Assembly (NCBI GenBank): GCA_963827235.1
Contig: CAWHAE010000010.1
Coordinates: forward strand, 224,001 to 288,000
Direction of reading: 5' to 3'
Source of the DNA: an uncultured bacterium
Lineage (GTDB): Bacteria; Chloroflexota; UBA5177; JANWHV01
Length of the DNA stretch: 64,000 nucleotides
The notes under the pieces were generated by a model that saw only the letters and a program-made list of their open reading frames with translations, was not told the origin of the DNA and searched no databases. This document shows positions 34,392 to 47,549 of this stretch, in pieces (position 1 is the stretch's first letter; each line of letters opens with the position of its first letter). Made by a program: the position numbers and the translations under genes.

Positions 34392-34630
34392 GCCCGCGCA
34401 TGCCCTCAGGAACTAGCAGAGCCATGCTGTTCAACTGTCTCTCATTCGTTGGTGAGTCCTTGTGCATTCGCTCGGATGGCAGCCAGCGCGCCGGTGAGGG
34501 CAGCCGGATTCCGGACTTTGCCGTCATCGTACATGATGTGCATCCGCGGCGGCTCACCCGCAGTTTCAAGGAGAGCTTGTACGAGCGATTGGTCTTGCGG
34601 CCGCGCCGTACGCAGGGGGTGTCGTGTGTC
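34392..34630. repeat. ~240-bp direct repeat copy 1 (3' part of a small minus-strand gene, ORF 34442-34657)
   Basis: Aligns with 37734-37972; both encode ...TARPQDQSLVQ.L.ETAGEPPRMHI.YDDGKVRNPA.L.GALA.IRA.AQ.LTNE on the minus strand. Confidence 0.88.
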
Positions 34631-34656
34631 ATGTGTTCGCAAGTCTACACGCACCA

Positions 34657-35241
34657 CTATTGCGCAGGCCTCGAGTCCGTGTGACGTAGCTGCCTGTTGT
34701 ACCAGCGCAGGTTGCGCTGCGTCTCCGTAACGTGCTGGAAGTGCCTACCGTCGCCGACGAGCTGCCTCCCGTCGGGGTCGGTGAACACCCCGTGGCCCGC
34801 TGCGAAGGGCTCGCTCAGCAGCTTGATGAAGGCCTGCACGGGCGCCGACTCCAGGATAGCGATCCCGTCATTTGAATAGCGACGCCAGATAAAGCGCTTG
34901 GAGAAGGCAGGGACCAGTACGCTATGAGCGTACCCTGTGTACTGGTATCCGCCGAAGCTGAACAGCATGCTCTCGGGTAGCCATTGCCCGTGCAGGACCG
35001 CCACGGTTTTGAGGCCGGACGGGGCTTGTTCCATCCTCCTGTCGGGCAGCGTGATCCGGCCGCCGGTGATAACGCCGTCAGTGAGCGCATCGAGCGCCGC
35101 AGCCCACGTGTCGCTGAGTTGGGCGTCGGTGACCGTGTCGTCCACGTATGCGTTGACCACTGCGCTCCCGGCAATGCCGTTGGAATCGCTCAAGCGTGCG
35201 GTAAAGCTGACGCGGATCGTGGGCGTCATGATTTCTGCCAT
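34657..35241 (-). CDS. Hypothetical protein, possibly of viral or mobile-element origin
   Basis: 194-aa ORF with GGAGAAGGGG RBS; stop overlaps the next GTG. Confidence 0.6.
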   Translation of the reverse strand: MAEIMTPTIRVSFTARLSDSNGIAGSAVVNAYVDDTVTDAQLSDTWAAALDALTDGVITGGRITLPDRRMEQAPSGLKTVAVLHGQWLPESMLFSFGGYQYTGYAHSVLVPAFSKRFIWRRYSNDGIAILESAPVQAFIKLLSEPFAAGHGVFTDPDGRQLVGDGRHFQHVTETQRNLRWYNRQLRHTDSRPAQ

Positions 35242-35421
35242 GCCCCTTCTCCCTGTTTCAGCCTCAGTTCATCCCGCCATTCATTCGTTCATTTTGCCCC
35301 TTACTGCATTACTGAGCACGCTCTTAGCTGGTCTTTTAACTGCATGGATCAGACGGCTGAGGGTTTTGTGCGGCGTGAAGAAACCCAACAGCGACCAAGC
35401 GCGGTCGGATCCGAGTCTGGA

Positions 35422-36126
35422 CTACAGCAAGCCGTCCCAAGCAAGGCTCCCCGGCAACGCGAACATTGCTTCAGCGCTGTGGATACCAACGCCGCGAAAC
35501 CCACCCTCGCCTTCAAGTGCGTAGTCAAGAACTGGGTTGTCAGGTCGGCCTGCATTAAGTAGCAGCTCGGCAAGCAGGGCGAGCGCACGGTCGCTACCGC
35601 ACACGCGCACCAGGTCGCGCGAGGTCCACGCCTCCTCGCTTTCGCGACCCTCTCGCACCTCGAGCAGGAAGCGTGGTAGATCCTCCGCCCGCACCCCGCC
35701 CGGTGTCCGCCACCAGGGATGACGGTCTGTATCGCCCGGATAGTAGCAGTACTGGTACGGGCGGCTTTGGTAGCCCGGGTAATCTTGCTCGAGGTACTCG
35801 TACTCGACCACGAGGTCCTTGATGTCGGATGCAGTATGGACCAGACTCACGGAGGTCTGAGAGGGCTGCTCGTGAAAGAGTACCGCCAGAATGAGCAAAC
35901 CCAGCTGGCGGAGCGTACGTCGAGACGCCTGAAACCACAACGCATCAGCGAGATATTCCACATTGTATTGATGGCGTGCCTTGCGAATGAATAGTTTGTC
36001 AGTCGCGAGGATCGGAGGTGGAACAGGCAAAGTCTGTGTGGAGAACACGAAATTGGGATAGCCCACTGGCCCTGTCGGCACGCGTTCCGCGATGCTTCCA
36101 TATACAGCTTCGAGGTCACATTCCAC
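35422..36126 (-). CDS. Hypothetical protein
   Basis: AGGAG RBS before GTG at 36126; 234-aa ORF; IS lies immediately upstream. Confidence 0.6.
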   Translation of the reverse strand: MECDLEAVYGSIAERVPTGPVGYPNFVFSTQTLPVPPPILATDKLFIRKARHQYNVEYLADALWFQASRRTLRQLGLLILAVLFHEQPSQTSVSLVHTASDIKDLVVEYEYLEQDYPGYQSRPYQYCYYPGDTDRHPWWRTPGGVRAEDLPRFLLEVREGRESEEAWTSRDLVRVCGSDRALALLAELLLNAGRPDNPVLDYALEGEGGFRGVGIHSAEAMFALPGSLAWDGLL

Positions 36127-36140
36127 GTACCCTATCTCCT

Positions 36141-37697
36141 TTAGGCTCAAGCATACTGCCAACGAGCAACAAACCTCTCTCAGGGCCTGGGGGAGAGGGC
36201 TGGCGCTCGAGAAGAGGGCCAGGCCGATGACCTGGAACACGCTATGGTATGGCCTGGTAGGCTACGACGCCATGGACCACACACCTGACTTTCGCCTACT
36301 GCAGCAGTGCCGTACCGACCTGTATGCCGCATTTGACCGGCCAGCCGATGCCCTGTTCGACCTAGTGGACGCTCTCCTGGCAACCGGCGCTGCCCCTTCA
36401 CCGGCACACCTGACTCTGGCTCCGTCGCATCAGCGTGGCTGGGGCAGCCTGTACGCCGCCCTGAGCAAAGGGCGCATCGACCGCGAGGCACTCTTGGGGC
36501 GTGTCGCACAGCTCCCGTTGGCTGCTGGCGAGCCCATCTACGGCGTGGACGCCAGTGTCTGGGCACGTTGCGACGCCGAGACCAGCCCCGAACGCGGCTT
36601 CTACTACCATCCGTCCCGCCATTCGGCCGGGCAGCCCATCGTGGCCGGCTGGTCCTACCAGTGGATGGCGCAGCTCGGTTTCGTCCGCGATAGCTGGACG
36701 GCGCCGGTCGAGGTGCAGCGGGTGCTACCAGGCGACAACACCCACACTGTGGCGGTCGCGCAGATCCGGGCCTTGCTGCGCCGCCATGGGCCGACAGCGG
36801 CGGTGCCCCTCTTCGTGTTTGATGCGGGCTACGACCCGGTCCCCCTCACGCTTGCCTTCGCCGACGAACGGGTGGCCATTCTCGTCCGCATGCGCAGCGA
36901 CCGCTGCTTCTTCGGTGAGCCACCCGTCAAGGCGCAGGTAGGCAATGGGCACGGACCGCGCTTCCGGCATGGAGCCAAGTTCGCCTGCAAGGACCCCACC
37001 ACCTGGCCCGCGCCGACGGACGAGCATCGCGAGGACGAACAGCACGGCGCGGTCCGCGTACGCTGCTGGACTGCTTTGCACGGTCGGCCCAAACGACAGG
37101 TTGGCCACGGCCACGGTCGCCGGCCGGTCGTATCGGGCGCCGTGGTCCTGGTGGAAGTCAGTCGCTTGCCTGGCCACACGCGCACACCGCAGGTGCTCTG
37201 GCTCTGGTGGGCAGGACCGGGCACCCCTAATCTGGCCACGCTCTGGCGCGCGTACGTGCGCCGCTTCGATCTGGAGCACACCTTCCGTTTCCTCAAGCAG
37301 ACCCTGAATTGGACCACGCCGCGCTTGCGGCATCCGGCACAAGCTGACCGCTGGACCTTGCTGGTACTGGCCGCCTACACTCAGCTGCAGCTCGCCCGTG
37401 GTCTCGTCGCCGACCAGCGCCTGCCATGGGAGCGACCCCAGCGCGCAGGCCGCCTGACGCCTTGCCGCGTCCAGCGCGCCTTTGCCGCGCTCGTGCCGCA
37501 CTTGGGTAGTCTCGCCAGTGCACCACAACCCTGCGGACGCTCCCCGGGACGGCCGAAAGGACGCCGCTCAGGCCCTGCTCGGCGCTATCCAGCTATCAAA
37601 CTCACCGCCTGAGCCCGCTCCCCAGCGACCAGTGGTCCGGATTATGCGAGCCGACGCCTAACCGGCTGACCTCGTCATGGCTAAAAGACAAGCTAAG
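36141..37697 (+). mobile_element. IS701-like insertion sequence (ends approximate)
   Basis: Contains an intact transposase; candidate ends ttaggctcaagc... and ...ggctaaaagacaagctaag. Confidence 0.6.
36272..37612 (+). CDS. DDE (DDE_5 / IS701-like) transposase
   Basis: GVDASVWARCDAETSPER, FVFDAGYD, YVRRFDLEHTFRFLKQTLNW, SPGRPKG. Confidence 0.9.
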   Translation: MDHTPDFRLLQQCRTDLYAAFDRPADALFDLVDALLATGAAPSPAHLTLAPSHQRGWGSLYAALSKGRIDREALLGRVAQLPLAAGEPIYGVDASVWARCDAETSPERGFYYHPSRHSAGQPIVAGWSYQWMAQLGFVRDSWTAPVEVQRVLPGDNTHTVAVAQIRALLRRHGPTAAVPLFVFDAGYDPVPLTLAFADERVAILVRMRSDRCFFGEPPVKAQVGNGHGPRFRHGAKFACKDPTTWPAPTDEHREDEQHGAVRVRCWTALHGRPKRQVGHGHGRRPVVSGAVVLVEVSRLPGHTRTPQVLWLWWAGPGTPNLATLWRAYVRRFDLEHTFRFLKQTLNWTTPRLRHPAQADRWTLLVLAAYTQLQLARGLVADQRLPWERPQRAGRLTPCRVQRAFAALVPHLGSLASAPQPCGRSPGRPKGRRSGPARRYPAIKLTA

Positions 37698-37733
37698 TGT
37701 GCTGAGCCACGTAGAGGCAGACAAGCCCTCAGC

Positions 37734-37972
37734 GCCCGCGCATGCTCTCACAACCTAGCAGAGCCGTGCTGTTCAACTGCCTCTCATTCGTTGGTGAGTC
37801 TCTGTGCTCTCGCTCGGATCGTGGCCAGCGCGCCGGCGAGGGTAGCCGGATTCCGGACTTTGCCGTCGTCGTACGTGATGTGCATCCGCGGCGGCTCGCC
37901 CGCCGTTTCAAACAAGATTTGGACGAGCGATTGGTCTTGCGGTCGCGCTGTACGCAGGAGGTATCGTGTGTC
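37734..37972. repeat. ~240-bp direct repeat copy 2; part of a decayed minus-strand gene extending to about 38320
   Basis: Aligns with 34392-34630; the upstream frame has in-frame stops and frameshifts. Confidence 0.85.
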
Positions 37973-38326
37973 GCGTCAGACGGGAGTCCAGCAAGTTGCG
38001 CCGCGACGGTCAGGTAGTACATGCCAGTTCGCGGCCGACAACTCATTGCGACGATCCGCAACGCCCAGCCCGTCCTACCACGCAAACAACCGGGCAACGA
38101 CCGGCCCCTACTTCTACACAAGCTCCACAGGCGCGGGGCGCTGCAGGCGCGCGCTCACGTTGGCATGCAGGTGTCTCAGCCCGTCGGCGTGCACTCGGTA
38201 TTCGCCGGTCAGCTGTTTGACCACACCCAAGGCGGTGGCAGTGCGCCTTGCAGCTCGGCCGAATGGATGATTCGCCTGAAGGTCGATTCCTTGAACGTAG
38301 AGATCAGTGCCGACGAATGACTTGTG

Positions 38327-38550
38327 TTGACATGCGGTCTATGATCGGTTTGTGGTGGATGCGCCGACCTGCAGCCCTAGATAGGACCCGACGCCTCGAG
38401 AACCGCGAGCGGTGATGTCGCTCCCGTCCCGTTGACGTCTCTATTCCTTGGCCACCCTTGGACCGCAACGAGCAACTGGTGGACCCGGCCACGACGGCAC
38501 GGTCGTGCGCCGGGTTTTTTGTACTTGGCGTCGCACGGGAAGGAGGTGGA
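38327..38550 (+). ncRNA. Unannotated structured non-coding element, copy A
   Basis: Homologous to 47550-47775 (~75% by eye); conserved stems with different loops; terminator-like hairpin with T-tract, then AAGGAGGTG. Confidence 0.55.
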
Positions 38551-38710
38551 GCGCTGTGCGTGCGAGGCGTGGGCATGGGCAGCTGATGGCTCTCGGCGAC
38601 GGTACTGTGCTGCGAGTTGAAGCCGCTTAGCAAGACTGGACGGCCTCTGCGCTGGGCGAACGGTCAAGGCTGCGCCTGCGAGGCTGTCCCTCTAGTAGAA
38701 GGGCCCGACA

Positions 38711-39451
38711 ATGATCGGTACCTGGATAGGCGCCATCGCGTTCACAGCGTTCGGCCTGGTGTTCCTGCTTATCTTCTGGCGTCCAAAGGACTCCGACGAC
38801 TGGATCACCCTGGCAGCCTTCAAGGCGGGGTCGCTCGTAGCCCTCTCCATTGGCTACATTCTGCTTCAGTCCGCGGTTCACGCTCACTGGCCTGTGCTCG
38901 GAGAGCAGATCGCATGGACGATCATCCTAGCACCTTTTGTGGCGGGATTTCTTTGTCTCGGTTGGTACACGGTATCCAGTCGCCGTGATCTCAAGGCGCT
39001 GGCACGCGCACCACTGTCCACCACAATCGAGGCGATTGGCGAGAACGCAGTTGAGAATGCGTTTTCGGAGGGTCCACCCGATGCGTTGAAGACGGCCGCC
39101 GCCGGTGTGGTCGAAGTAGGCATCTTGCGCTTGCCCTTAGGCTGGCTCGTACTGGCACTGCTTCCCGCTGTCGTCGCCGTTGTGCTTGTATTCGGTATAT
39201 GCGAACTGTGGGTGACCGGCCCCGTTGCAGCCGGCACAACCTCTGACACTCATGGGGGCGTGAACGTTCCAGCTCTATTCGAACACGTCGCCTACTATAC
39301 ATTCTTTGGCGGTATGCTCGTCGGAGGACTTGCGATGGGCCTCATGCACTGGATAGACAAGGAGCACACGGATTCCGACTGGCTTCTCTGTGTCGCAGCC
39401 GCTGCCGTGTTCTTGGTCCCCTACATGCTGTTCGAGGGCGTTTGGGCATAG
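38711..39451 (+). CDS. Hypothetical multi-pass membrane protein
   Basis: About 6 hydrophobic segments in 246 aa. Confidence 0.7.
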   Translation: MIGTWIGAIAFTAFGLVFLLIFWRPKDSDDWITLAAFKAGSLVALSIGYILLQSAVHAHWPVLGEQIAWTIILAPFVAGFLCLGWYTVSSRRDLKALARAPLSTTIEAIGENAVENAFSEGPPDALKTAAAGVVEVGILRLPLGWLVLALLPAVVAVVLVFGICELWVTGPVAAGTTSDTHGGVNVPALFEHVAYYTFFGGMLVGGLAMGLMHWIDKEHTDSDWLLCVAAAAVFLVPYMLFEGVWA

Positions 39452-39655
39452 TCGATTCATTCAGGCAAATCCTCGCCAGAGAGTTGACTGTCTCTGGCAA
39501 GCTCGGGGAAGGCTTCGCCCAGCCGAACTCGGCGGGACCCCTGGTGTCCAAGGCTTTCAGACTGCTACTCGACAATAAGCGCAACGCGTGCGCATTCGTT
39601 CCATCGCTGGTGACGGGTGGTGGCCTGGTCGCCGTGCCCCGGTTGCGCCACTCTC

Positions 39656-40135
39656 TACTACGGCTTACGTGCGGCCGAGTACGATGAGTGGTTCTATCGT
39701 ACACGTCGCTACAGCCTTGGACCAAAAGAGGATGCACGCTGGTTTGCCGAGGTGCGACAAGTCTTCAGGGTACTCAAGGAGCTTAGTCTTCAAGGGGACG
39801 TACTTGAGTTTGCGGCGGGCACAGGCATATGGACGGAGCAGCTTGCGCTTGTCCTGTTCAGAGGGCGCATCGTCCTCACCAGGAACGCGCTGCTCTACCC
39901 GTACCACAAGTAGCTGCTGGCCGAGCTGGGCAGGGCAGAACACAAGCCGGAGCACCTGCTCGCCGAGATTGCCGACCTCCTCGCTGAGCCCAGCGTTGAG
40001 AAGGTGACCGCCTACTGCCGGCGAGTCCTGGCCTTTGCCGAGTGCACAGCCGAGGGACTCGCCTGGCCCAATCAGTTCATCCGGGACTCGGAACTGAACT
40101 AGGTGAACCAGGAGCCTCCCGTCGACGACCTGTAG
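39656..40135 (+). pseudogene. Chimeric remnant: class I SAM methyltransferase 5' part fused to the 3' part of an unrelated gene
   Basis: YY.LRAAEYDEWF...VLEFAAGTGIWT, then LYPYHK*...PPVDDL* with internal stops. Confidence 0.6.
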
Positions 40136-40389
40136 GTGAGGGAGGCGAAGCCGGGTGGCACGCAAGATGGCCGGGACGCTCCGGACTGAGGAGACGTGTC
40201 CGCGTCAGCCTTGCGCTCTGGGCGCTCAGCTTATAGACAGCTCGATGTGGCCACCTCGGGGCCGCCGACGGGGGTGCCGGGCACCCGGGCTCCCCGCATG
40301 CGGATGCAGCGCCGTGGACGGATCGCCTCCGCGCTGTTGAAAGTGTCGTGGCTGTAGCCGCGTAGGCTCTCAACTCGTCGGCACGGAGG

Positions 40390-40740
40390 CTACCAGGTCT
40401 GCTCGGCGGCACGCACCAGCATCTCGTTGACCGCTACCCGAGGATCACGGGTGACGATGTAGGCGACCGCGTCCGCGATGTCCTCCGGCTGCAGCGGCGT
40501 AATGGTCGCCGTCTGGCTCGTCGCCGCCCGACGCACGTTCTCCCGCAGGTGGGAGGCGAGTTCCGTGTCAACGGTGCCCGGCTCGACCACGCTGACGCGC
40601 ACGCGCTTCCCCAGCACCTCCTGGCGCACCGACTCCGAGAACGCCGCGATGCCGAACTTGGTGAGCGCGTAGACGCCGGCACCGGGTCGGGCCACCTGGC
40701 TGGCGGTCGAGCTGATCGTGACCAGGTCGGCACTGCCGCT
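40390..40740 (-). pseudogene. SDR oxidoreductase C-terminal fragment
   Basis: ISSTA, YALTK (YxxxK), VEPGTVDTEL, LQPEDIADAV; the N-terminal Rossmann part is missing. Confidence 0.8.
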
Positions 40741-41120
40741 CCTGGAAGAGCAGTTGAGCCCAAAGGTGGTGGCACAGGGAGTGGGGGTAAATCGGTCGAG
40801 GGGATATGCCTGGCGGAGGACATGGCGCTTACGGGGTCTGGCTGGGACGATCCGGCGGCAGGTCTGGCCGCGGAGTCTGGATGCGGCTGCAGAGGCCGGA
40901 CTGGAAGGGGAAACCCGGTTGGCCTGGGTGCTGCACATGGACCCGCAGGCGCGGGGCCATGTGACCAAGGGCTGGACGGCGCCAATGCTGCGCGTGGAAG
41001 CGCGGAAGGCGGGTTTTGCTGTGGGAGCGAAGACGTTGCGGCGTAGCCTGTATCGGCTGGGCTGGCGCTGGAAGCGATCTAGATACGTCCTTGGGCGACC
41101 CGAACCAGCCTGCAAGGAAA
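40741..41120 (+). mobile_element. IS630-family transposase N-terminal (HTH / winged-helix) remnant
   Basis: DP...G....WTAPML......G..V...TLRRSL.RLGWRWKR.RY pattern; truncates the SDR gene. Confidence 0.7.
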
Positions 41121-41810
41121 CTGGGCTTGGTCATCCCTACAAGTTGATAAGTCGCGTACGCTGACGTGAAAATCCTGTGCAGCAGTGAGAGTGCTCTTGC
41201 ACCCCGGTTCCACACGCGGGCTGCCAGAACACCCTGCGGAGGCAGAAGGTAGCCTCTTCCTCTACACAGCACGTTCCGGTCGAGCGACCGCCCATGCCCA
41301 CGGCGGAGACACGAAGGAGGCTACTGGGACTGTGGCTACGGCAGTAGCGGAAGGCACCGCCGCACTGGAAGCGGAGCTGTAGCAGTGATCGAGCGGACTC
41401 AGAAGATTGCGGATTGGTGACGCCATGCAGGTCAGCCGACCGACGATCTCGCGGGTGCCGACAGGTGTCACTTGACGGACTCGTTCACGGACCGTTGCCG
41501 AGCCCCGAACTGCCACACTCATAGTTGCCGGTTGCCATCCCCGGTCAGCTTTCTCTGCGGGACTCCTCTCCCCCGCGCAAGGTGCATGCCGACCTAAGTG
41601 CTCTTACCAGCCTTGTCGTACCGCGCCGCCGCGCAAGCCGCCTAAGCGCCGGGAGCCCGGCAGCTCCACGGCAGCAAGCCAGAGGAGCCCGCTGCCTGAG
41701 CATACCCGCAACCGCTCACCCCTACCGTTCGGCCTGCTCCTCCAGCAGTAGGGTGTTGAGCAGGTTCAGCTCGTTGGAAGCCGCCAGGTAGCGATCGTCG
41801 AACACGCGGC

Positions 41811-41908
41811 GCGGTGCTGGCGCCGCTCGCCCACGCCAGCGCGGGCCAGGCGGCCCACGGCCGGTCACTGCTCCTCAACGTCGCGTCGCACATGGCGGCT
41901 CTCACGAC
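41811..41908 (+). pseudogene. glmS: Diverged internal glmS fragment (codons ~408-440)
   Basis: 86/98 identical to 30671-30768 by manual alignment, no indels. Confidence 0.92.
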
Positions 41909-41948
41909 GTGCCGCACGTGCCACTTGCGGGACAGCCTCCTGGTAGTA

Positions 41949-42410
41949 CTATTGTCGCGGCGCCTGCGCTTCTTCCGCTGCACAGTCTGCGCACAGCCCC
42001 CGAAATTGCACCACGTACTCCTCCACGTGAAAGCCCAGGGGAGCAGCGGGCACAGGCAAACTATCCAGCGCCGGGTCATAGAGGTCCAGGACACGCTCGC
42101 ACATGCGGCAGATCAGGTGGTGGTGGCGAGGCGTGTCAATCTCGTAGCGGGCCGTGGCACCGGGGTGCGAGACCTTGCGTACGACACCGATGCGCGTGAA
42201 CGCCTCGAGCACGCGATACACGGTGGTGCGCGAGAGTTCCGGCAGGTGTTGCTGAACCTCATCGAAGATCTGGTCGGCGGTGGGATGATCCGCCCGCCGA
42301 GCCAGCGCCTCCAGGACGAGCCGCCGCTGCACGGTGACGGGGAGCCCGTGGTCGCGGCAACGCTGCGCGAGTTGGGACACCGAGGGTGAGGCAGACCGTT
42401 GCGGATTCAC
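41949..42410 (-). CDS. fur: Fur/PerR-family transcriptional regulator (start uncertain)
   Basis: TVQRRLVL, HPTADQI, LSRTTVYRVL, HHHLICRMC, GLCADC. Confidence 0.9.
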   Translation of the reverse strand: MNPQRSASPSVSQLAQRCRDHGLPVTVQRRLVLEALARRADHPTADQIFDEVQQHLPELSRTTVYRVLEAFTRIGVVRKVSHPGATARYEIDTPRHHHLICRMCERVLDLYDPALDSLPVPAAPLGFHVEEYVVQFRGLCADCAAEEAQAPRQ

Positions 42411-42677
42411 GGTTGCAATTCTAGTGCATCTGGTATAAACTAGCAACCGCCAATCGCGTGTTTCGCAGTGTACCCGTCACGTGCACCAGGTGCTCGGCGT
42501 GCGTCGGAGGAGGCTTCTTGCCATGCCCGGAGACGTTCCAGCCAACTACCGCTACGCTGCTTGGGCTCCTGGGCGTCCAGGCACTGCTGTGAAACGTGGC
42601 CACCAGTTGGCTGGTCCCGCACGATGCTGACCATGGGTGCTCGCACGGCCTGGCCAGAGAAGGAGAAGAGTGCATCG

Positions 42678-45418
<2,741 letters not shown>

Positions 45419-46879
45419 TCAGAGCTGATGGTGTTCCGGCTCCATGCCTCGTCGGGGCGGATCGCGAACACTGATCAGGTGTGTGGTGGCACGGGGGAAC
45501 CTGCACAGGTGGCCGCATGCTGGATCTGCCCACCGGAGAGCTTCACGCCGCGTGGTCGGATCCAGCGTGTTGAGCCGACGCACAAGCATGACGTCCACGA
45601 ACCGTATCAGCGCGCCCACTTCCCGGGAAACGATAGTCTGTGCCGTCGAAGTAGTGCTCGTTGAGAAAGCTGAAACTGGAGGCGCCGACAACGACGGCGC
45701 ACACGACGGGCGTACCCTGCACCCACTAGGGCTGGCGCACCAGTCACCCTGGTGCTCAAGCCACGTTGGGTCGCCAGCGCAAGTGGTAGCTGGCGACCCA
45801 GCCGGTCGTGGAGGACGTGGTCTATACACGGCCCCTCGCCAATGCGCTTGCCCGCCGGCCACGCTGGCTCATTCCCCGGCGTCGTACTCGCCATCGTGCC
45901 CTCCTCGCACCAACCTGCGACGACCGGTTGCCGCAAGCGGCCGCGCGGACCTAGCGACCCAGATCGCGCACTTCGACGCGAGGACGAGCGACGCCAGGCT
46001 AGAGCGCTCCGCACTGCCTGGCCGCAGTGGCGCGTCCTGGCCCGTCGCCGGCGTGCTGTGATCCGAGTGAGGCCGCGTGGCGCTGCTCACGCGCGGCCGC
46101 CATACCTTCAACCCTGGCACGAGGAGCGAACGATGCTGTATAGCGGGGTGATCACGGTGGCTGGCCCACGCAGGACACGGGCACTCGTCCCATGGTCGAG
46201 CGCGCTGATGCGTGTCCATACATCAGCAATGGCCAACTGCGCCGTCACAGGAGCGGAGCCATGGGACGAGCAGATCTCAGTATTCGCGAGTCTGGCAGGG
46301 GCGCAGGTCACTCGTCCCCGGGACGTCGGGGACGGGCAAAGAATACCTCACTGGGCGAACGGAAGCGTGACGACGTAGGCGTTAGGGAATCGGCCGACTG
46401 AGGAGCGCACCGGCCCGCGTACGGGTTGCCTGGACGGGCGGCGTCTCCTGTTGATCGTGGCTCAGAACGTGGCTCGCCACCGCAACGTGCGACGCGACAA
46501 TGCAAGCGTGGCACCATTTCAGCCTGCCATTCCTGCAGCCGTCGGGCCAGTACAGGCGTCGGGCAGGTACAGTCAGTCCGCAGCAGGTCTGGTGGTTCCC
46601 GATCGGCACTGTGTGAAGGCTAGCGGAGCCGGGCCACCACACAGCCTGCCATTGCCGTGGTTGCATCGTGCACTCCTTCGCGCCTCGTCAACGTCTGCGG
46701 GGTCTCTGAGCGCTTTGAGTCGCCGGTTATGACGGACCGCCGGCACGACGAGTCGAGATAAACCGGGCTCATGCTTTCCGCACTCGATCTTACCAGATCT
46801 GGAGCCGGATCGGGATCATATCGCAACATGTAGTGGTTGATCCATGGGCTGTGTCCGCTAGGCGACGTCGACACCCTGC

Positions 46880-47478
46880 CTTGGCGTCGCTCTCCTCATA
46901 GGCGTCGCGCACTTCTATCCCCTGATGTTCTTCGCAGGCCTCTGGGTCCCACGGGCGACCATGAGCGCGAACCTGCGGCAAATCAGCGACCTCACCCCGC
47001 TTGGCGCAGCCGTGCAGGCGTTGCAAGATGCCATCCACGGGCATTGGCCGATCCCGCTCCACCTTGGTGTGCTGCTCGCCTATGCTGCCGTCTGCGGGCC
47101 GGCTGGAGGACGATGGTTCCGGTGGGAGGACGCGTCTACGCGCTGGCCATCGGTATCAACGTGGGAGTAGCCGAAGTCATTACCTGGTTCGGCCTCGTCA
47201 GTCAGGCAGTGCACGGCTCGAGGCGCGCCGATGGTGCACGCGCTAAGGCCCCAGGTCCTGGAGCGGGCCCAGCTGACCGAGGCACTTGCCGACCTGGCCC
47301 GGCACTGGTCCCAGCTCACCGGCGTGCCCGTAGCCGGTGAGACGACCGGCGAGCCCCGGCCGCTGTTGGCCCAGATCGAGGCGACCTAGTTGCGGGTGGC
47401 GCAGGAGGCGCTACACAACGTGGCCAAACATGCCCACTCGAGGAGAGTGGGTCTGACCCTTACGTATTTGACGGACGC
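46880..47478 (+). pseudogene. ABC-2 permease 3' fragment followed by a deleted NarX/DesK-type histidine kinase remnant
   Basis: PLMFFAGLWVP...LTPLGAAVQAL...RWFRWE; then LRP..LE...L.EALADL...TTGEPRPL..*LRVAQEALHNVAKHA. Confidence 0.7.
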
Positions 47479-47549
47479 ATGTCTGTTGAGCCTGGCGGCG
47501 AATGCCCGCTACGCACCTGACAAAGCGAGCAAGCTGACCAATCCGTGCC

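Noticed and set aside
38327-38550. T-box riboswitch or canonical sigma-70 promoter reading of the duplicated element
   Set aside because: No UGGNACC antiterminator bulge in either copy and no amino-acid genes downstream; TTGACA and TATAAT are only 7 bp apart
39466-39520. c-di-GMP-I riboswitch (GGCAAA start)
   Set aside because: Lacks the GAAA tetraloop and GCAAAG junction; just a gccagaga/tctctggc hairpin after a stop codon
45419-46870. Genes in the post-katG region
   Set aside because: Only short, mutually overlapping ORFs with no recognisable motif; probably decayed sequence
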